Part shown: in pieces, positions 60,557 through 64,000 of the stretch | Numbering within the stretch: the first letter of the stretch is position 1 | How the letters are laid out: the number at the start of each line of letters is the position of its first letter | From: Anthoceros angustus | Taxonomy: Eukaryota; Plantae; Anthocerotophyta | DNA length: 64,000 bases | Assembly (NCBI GenBank): GCA_010909165.1 | Contig: MU008191.1 | Span: forward strand, 558,001 to 622,000 | Reading direction: 5' to 3' | Notes under the pieces: model-generated | The model's input: only the letters and a program-made list of their open reading frames with translations | Told to the model about the DNA's origin: nothing | The model's database searches: none | Program-made: the position numbers and the translations under genes

Positions 60557-61850
60557 TGTAAGGGTATTAAAGCCCAATGTACTTAGACTAATATGCTTAG
60601 TCTAAGTTAGGTGTCAATTTAGTATCATTAGTTTAGCTAACGCTAATCACTAGGAAGCTTCTTGCGCGGTTTCCTAGGGTCTTCTTGTGGACCTTCCTAA
60701 GGAGCCCTGCTGGAGGGTATATATACCCCCAGAGCCCTCATTTCAATGAGAGAGATACATTTGCTTCCTCCTCTCCTCTCCTCTTTCCACCATCATGGGC
60801 TGCCACACGATCCTTCAACTGGTATCAGAGCTTTGGTCTGGTTGTGTTGTGATGCTAGACGATTCTAGCTTCTAGCGGCGCAGCCGTGGAATGCGGTGAT
60901 CCATATCGCGGCAGCGCAACGCCGCGGAGGCCGTGAGCGGGCGAGGCCGTGAGCGGGCGAGGCCGTGAGCGGGCGAGGCCGCGAACGCGCAAGGCCTCCC
61001 GGGCGCCTGCAGAGCCTGCGGACGCTGCACGGCGGAGGCCGTGAGCGGGCGAGGCCGTGAGCGGGCGAGGCCGCGGCGTCAGCGGACACGGCGGCGGCGT
61101 CAGCGGACACGGCGGCGGCCGTGAGCGGGCGAGGCCGCGGCGGCGTCAGCGGACACGGCGGCGGCCGTGGCGGGGCAGGCCGTGGCGGGGCAGGCCGTGG
61201 CGGGGCAGGCCGTGAGCGGGCGAGGCCGTGAGCGGGCGAGGCCGTGAGCGGGCGAGGCCGTGAGCGGGCGAGGCCGTGAGCGGGCGAGGCCGTGGCGGGG
61301 CAGGCCGTGAGCGGGCGAGGCCGTGAGCGGGCGAGGCCGTGGCGGGGCAGGCCGTGGCGGGGCAGGCCGTGAGCGGGCGAGGCCGTGAGCGGGCGAGGCC
61401 GTGAGCGGGCGAGGCCGTGAGCGGGCGAGGCCGTGGCGCCCAAGAACCCAGTACCAAAATAATCGCGGTGCCGGGCGGCGAAGTAAAATTCGCCAAAATA
61501 TTCTAATACTAAGGGAATGTAACTAATACACTCAGTCAGATGACTTTATTTCTTTTTTTAACTTTTCTGACAAGGCGAGTCGAGTGTTTTATCTGTATTG
61601 TTTTTTGAATCATGATGTTTTCATCATCAAAAAACGTCATGTTCAATATTGAGAAGTTAGATGGTACTAACTTCCCGTTTTGGAAAGAACAAGTGTATAA
61701 TGTTCTAGTGCAGAAAAAGTAGATCAAGCCCATAAAGCTGTTACGCGTCAAACCAGATAGTATGACACAGGATGAGTGGCAGGACCTGGATGAGCTTGCT
61801 AGATCTATTATCATGCTAACATTGTCAAAATTGTACTTCAATGTGAGATA
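60557..61850 (+). mobile_element. Decayed Ty1/copia (Tnt1-like) element: 5' LTR, PBS, leader and gag remnant
   Basis: LTR TG...CA at ~60557-60817 with TATATATA; iMet-tRNA PBS TGGTATCAGAGC at 60820-60831; gag MFNIEKLDGTNFPFWKEQVYNVLVQKK*IKP...KPDSMTQDEWQDLDELARSIIMLTLS from 61639 with an internal stop. No pol or 3' LTR seen. Confidence 0.9.
60929..61437. repeat. GC-rich minisatellite of 16-bp and 15-bp variant units in the copia leader
   Basis: Units GGCCGTGAGCGGGCGA (16 bp) and GGCCGTGGCGGGGCA (15 bp) interspersed, plus GGCGTCAGCGGACACGGCGGC variants. Confidence 0.97.
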
Positions 61851-62149
61851 AAACCACGAGTTACTGATTTGTGGGGAAGGTGTGACTTTGAGAACTGTTG
61901 TTTCGACCAAAGGGGTGACTATATTCCCCTTTAGAAATTATGGTGTTACCTCTTTGAGGTAAATTGTCATAAAACATGCAGGATAATTCAATGTCTTTAG
62001 GTGGTTCGCCACATTTCATCTCACAATTCTCGATGCGAGATGCCTTTGTGGTATGCATGAAGTTGATACGCAATCGCATGCCATTGGAAAGCTCGTCGTT
62101 GCATGAGGCGGGCTGATGTTTTTAGATTCATTAAGCACGCCTTAAAAAT

Positions 62150-62400
62150 GAAAGAGTGAAGCTCGTGAATCATTGAAAAAATAGGCCAACAAAGACCCGT
62201 TCATTACGGTGGTGGTCTCACATAGTGTGAGTGCTCGAGGAGTGTGGCATGCCCTACATGAAGCACGACAAAAACAAAAGCAGACAATGATTTCCCGAAA
62301 ACTGCAATTCCCTAAATGATGTGAGACGGTCGAACATGAAGTAGATATATGTATGTTCCTAGACATTTTTGGTAGTGAAATTTTACTTCAAAAGAAGCGA
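62150..62400 (+). mobile_element. Second degenerate copia gag-like fragment
   Basis: One frame reads SARGVWHALHE...MISRKLQFPK*CE, resembling the retrotransposon gag 'AKEVWD.L...L.RKL..LKM.E' pattern, with stops. Confidence 0.3.
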
Positions 62401-64000
62401 GAACATGTCAAGTGAGCGTGTTCAAAGTAATGTAAAGACTACTTTCCTAGCCACAACAGCCCAAACTGTCGCAAGGGGTTGGGCGTATGTTCCTCAACTT
62501 GCTTTCGGTGTCGAGTTCCAACCAAGGATCCAAAGTGAAAGCTCTTGTACACAAAGTGTTTGTTGGGATAGGCGGAAGGCACCTCCAAGTCATGAGCTTT
62601 TGTCGCAAATCGAGACACGATCGGCTCCACTGCTCATGCATCACGATACTTGGAAATCCGCCCGCCACAATCACAGTGCGTCCATGACTCAAATTTTTCC
62701 ATAATTGAGTGAACATGGCGGGGGCATGGCCTCCACCATCGCCCACGTCATGGACGCGAAATCCAGCTCCCAAATCTCCAAACTCACTTCACTCACGGGA
62801 ATTCCAACACTTGGTCACGCATGGCCCCTGCACGCTCACGAGGTTGGAGTAGAAGATGAAGCGGCGGCGCCGGGCGCGCACAGCCCACCGGCCTCCTCTA
62901 GGTCATAGGCCAGCAGTCGCATCCTAGTGTGGCCAAGCGGTGAGCACGGTGCCACAAAGACTCCATGATCGGACTTGTTGCTGAAACGCGTCCACAGGAA
63001 ACCTTGAGGTTGTCATGCTCCACCTCCGAGCGTGGAATCGAAGACAAACGCGTCGGGACGGGTTGGCCCATATCCTCGGACAGCCTCGAGTTGCGTAGTG
63101 CCACAAGCTTGAAGCATTTTGCCGTGGCGCCCACCAACACGCCCTCCACATCGCCGACCCGCACACCACGTGCCGGAGCGAGCCCAAGAGCCCGCCGCCG
63201 GGTTGCGCATGTGGGATGACCATCCGCCTTGCCGCCATCCGGCATATGTATTCGCGACTATCGGCCAGCAAGGCGTCGCCGCCGACACCGTGGGAGCTCC
63301 ACATCCCGCGTCGAATCCATGGCGGAGTTGGAGTTGGTACCCGGTGGGAGGCGGGTTGTAGACGCATGAGGCCATGCTCATGTTGTGGAGGCGGCCTACT
63401 ACGAACGATGCAATCCGCACTCCGCTTGTGATTCCATGCGCTCCTTCAACAACCACGCGACTCCACGGCCGCATTCCATGCCCTACACACCGCGGGATCG
63501 TAGAAGACTCACCAATGGCAGCCGAGCTCGGATCAAGGCCACCATGGTGCCACACAACTCGCTACACGCAACATCCTCGCACCATCCATCCGGAACCTTC
63601 ATTCTCCGTCTCCATCCCGCAACCTCGAGCTCGTTTTGCTTGAACGCTTGAACGAAAGACGACGTACATGATATTTAATGTCCCAAATCACTACATATAT
63701 AGCCTTTGAGTTCAATGGTTCGATGGTATAATCTCGAGAAATAAGAATCGATCTCGTTGATTGCAAAGTAGCTTTCCCAATTAACACTATACCACCGGAT
63801 GTACATGTGCGGGCACTCCGCTTTGGGAAAGGCAAGCTTCATACACAACTAGAAAACGAGGGCTTGATCTATTGTGTCGCAACCAACAGTTGATCGGTAA
63901 TAAACATGTACACAAAATGTGGCGGGTTGGAAAGCGTTAACACAAATCTGTCCAAAACGATATGCGATGTCTTGACTCACCGCAGTATTCGAGGGTCACA

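Noticed and set aside
60865-61496. Long Arg/Pro/Ala-rich ORFs (ARSRPRPLTASPAHGL)
   Set aside because: Artefact of a stop-free GC minisatellite in a retrotransposon leader.

Overview
Nuclear DNA from a seed-free land plant, most likely a bryophyte. A hornwort is my inference from the compact genes, ~60-150 nt introns, bryophyte-type 5S sequence and a sperm-flagellum gene. Gene-dense GC-rich blocks alternate with AT-rich, transposon-derived islands. Recognised genes in order: DICER-LIKE 1 (5'-truncated by the window), NdhM, a KIC/PBP1-like EF-hand protein, an RBD1-like chloroplast RRM protein, a MIZ1/DUF617 protein with a very large internal insertion, an intronless PH-domain protein, an intronless YccV/HspQ-domain protein, an Arg/Ser-rich conserved protein, a FAM183/CFAP144-like flagellar protein, a MASP1-like LRR protein, a kinase-less USP-like-domain protein, NAD(H) glutamate dehydrogenase, and a TPD1-like domain fused to seven 46-47 aa Pro-rich repeats. 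Repeats include three copies of a (TTC)n-tailed retroposed element with target-site duplications, two tandem 5S rRNA-derived copies, CACTA-like ends, LTR remnants and a decayed Ty1/copia element whose leader carries a GC-rich minisatellite. The best lead is a bulge-free ~81-nt pre-miRNA-like hairpin (2493-2573) in the enlarged seventh visible intron of DCL1, in a DCL1 gene that lacks the miR162 site. This suggests intron-encoded DCL1 autoregulation like that known for MIR1047 in Physcomitrium DCL1a. All homology calls rest on recalled family motifs, not database searches, and exon joins were made by eye.
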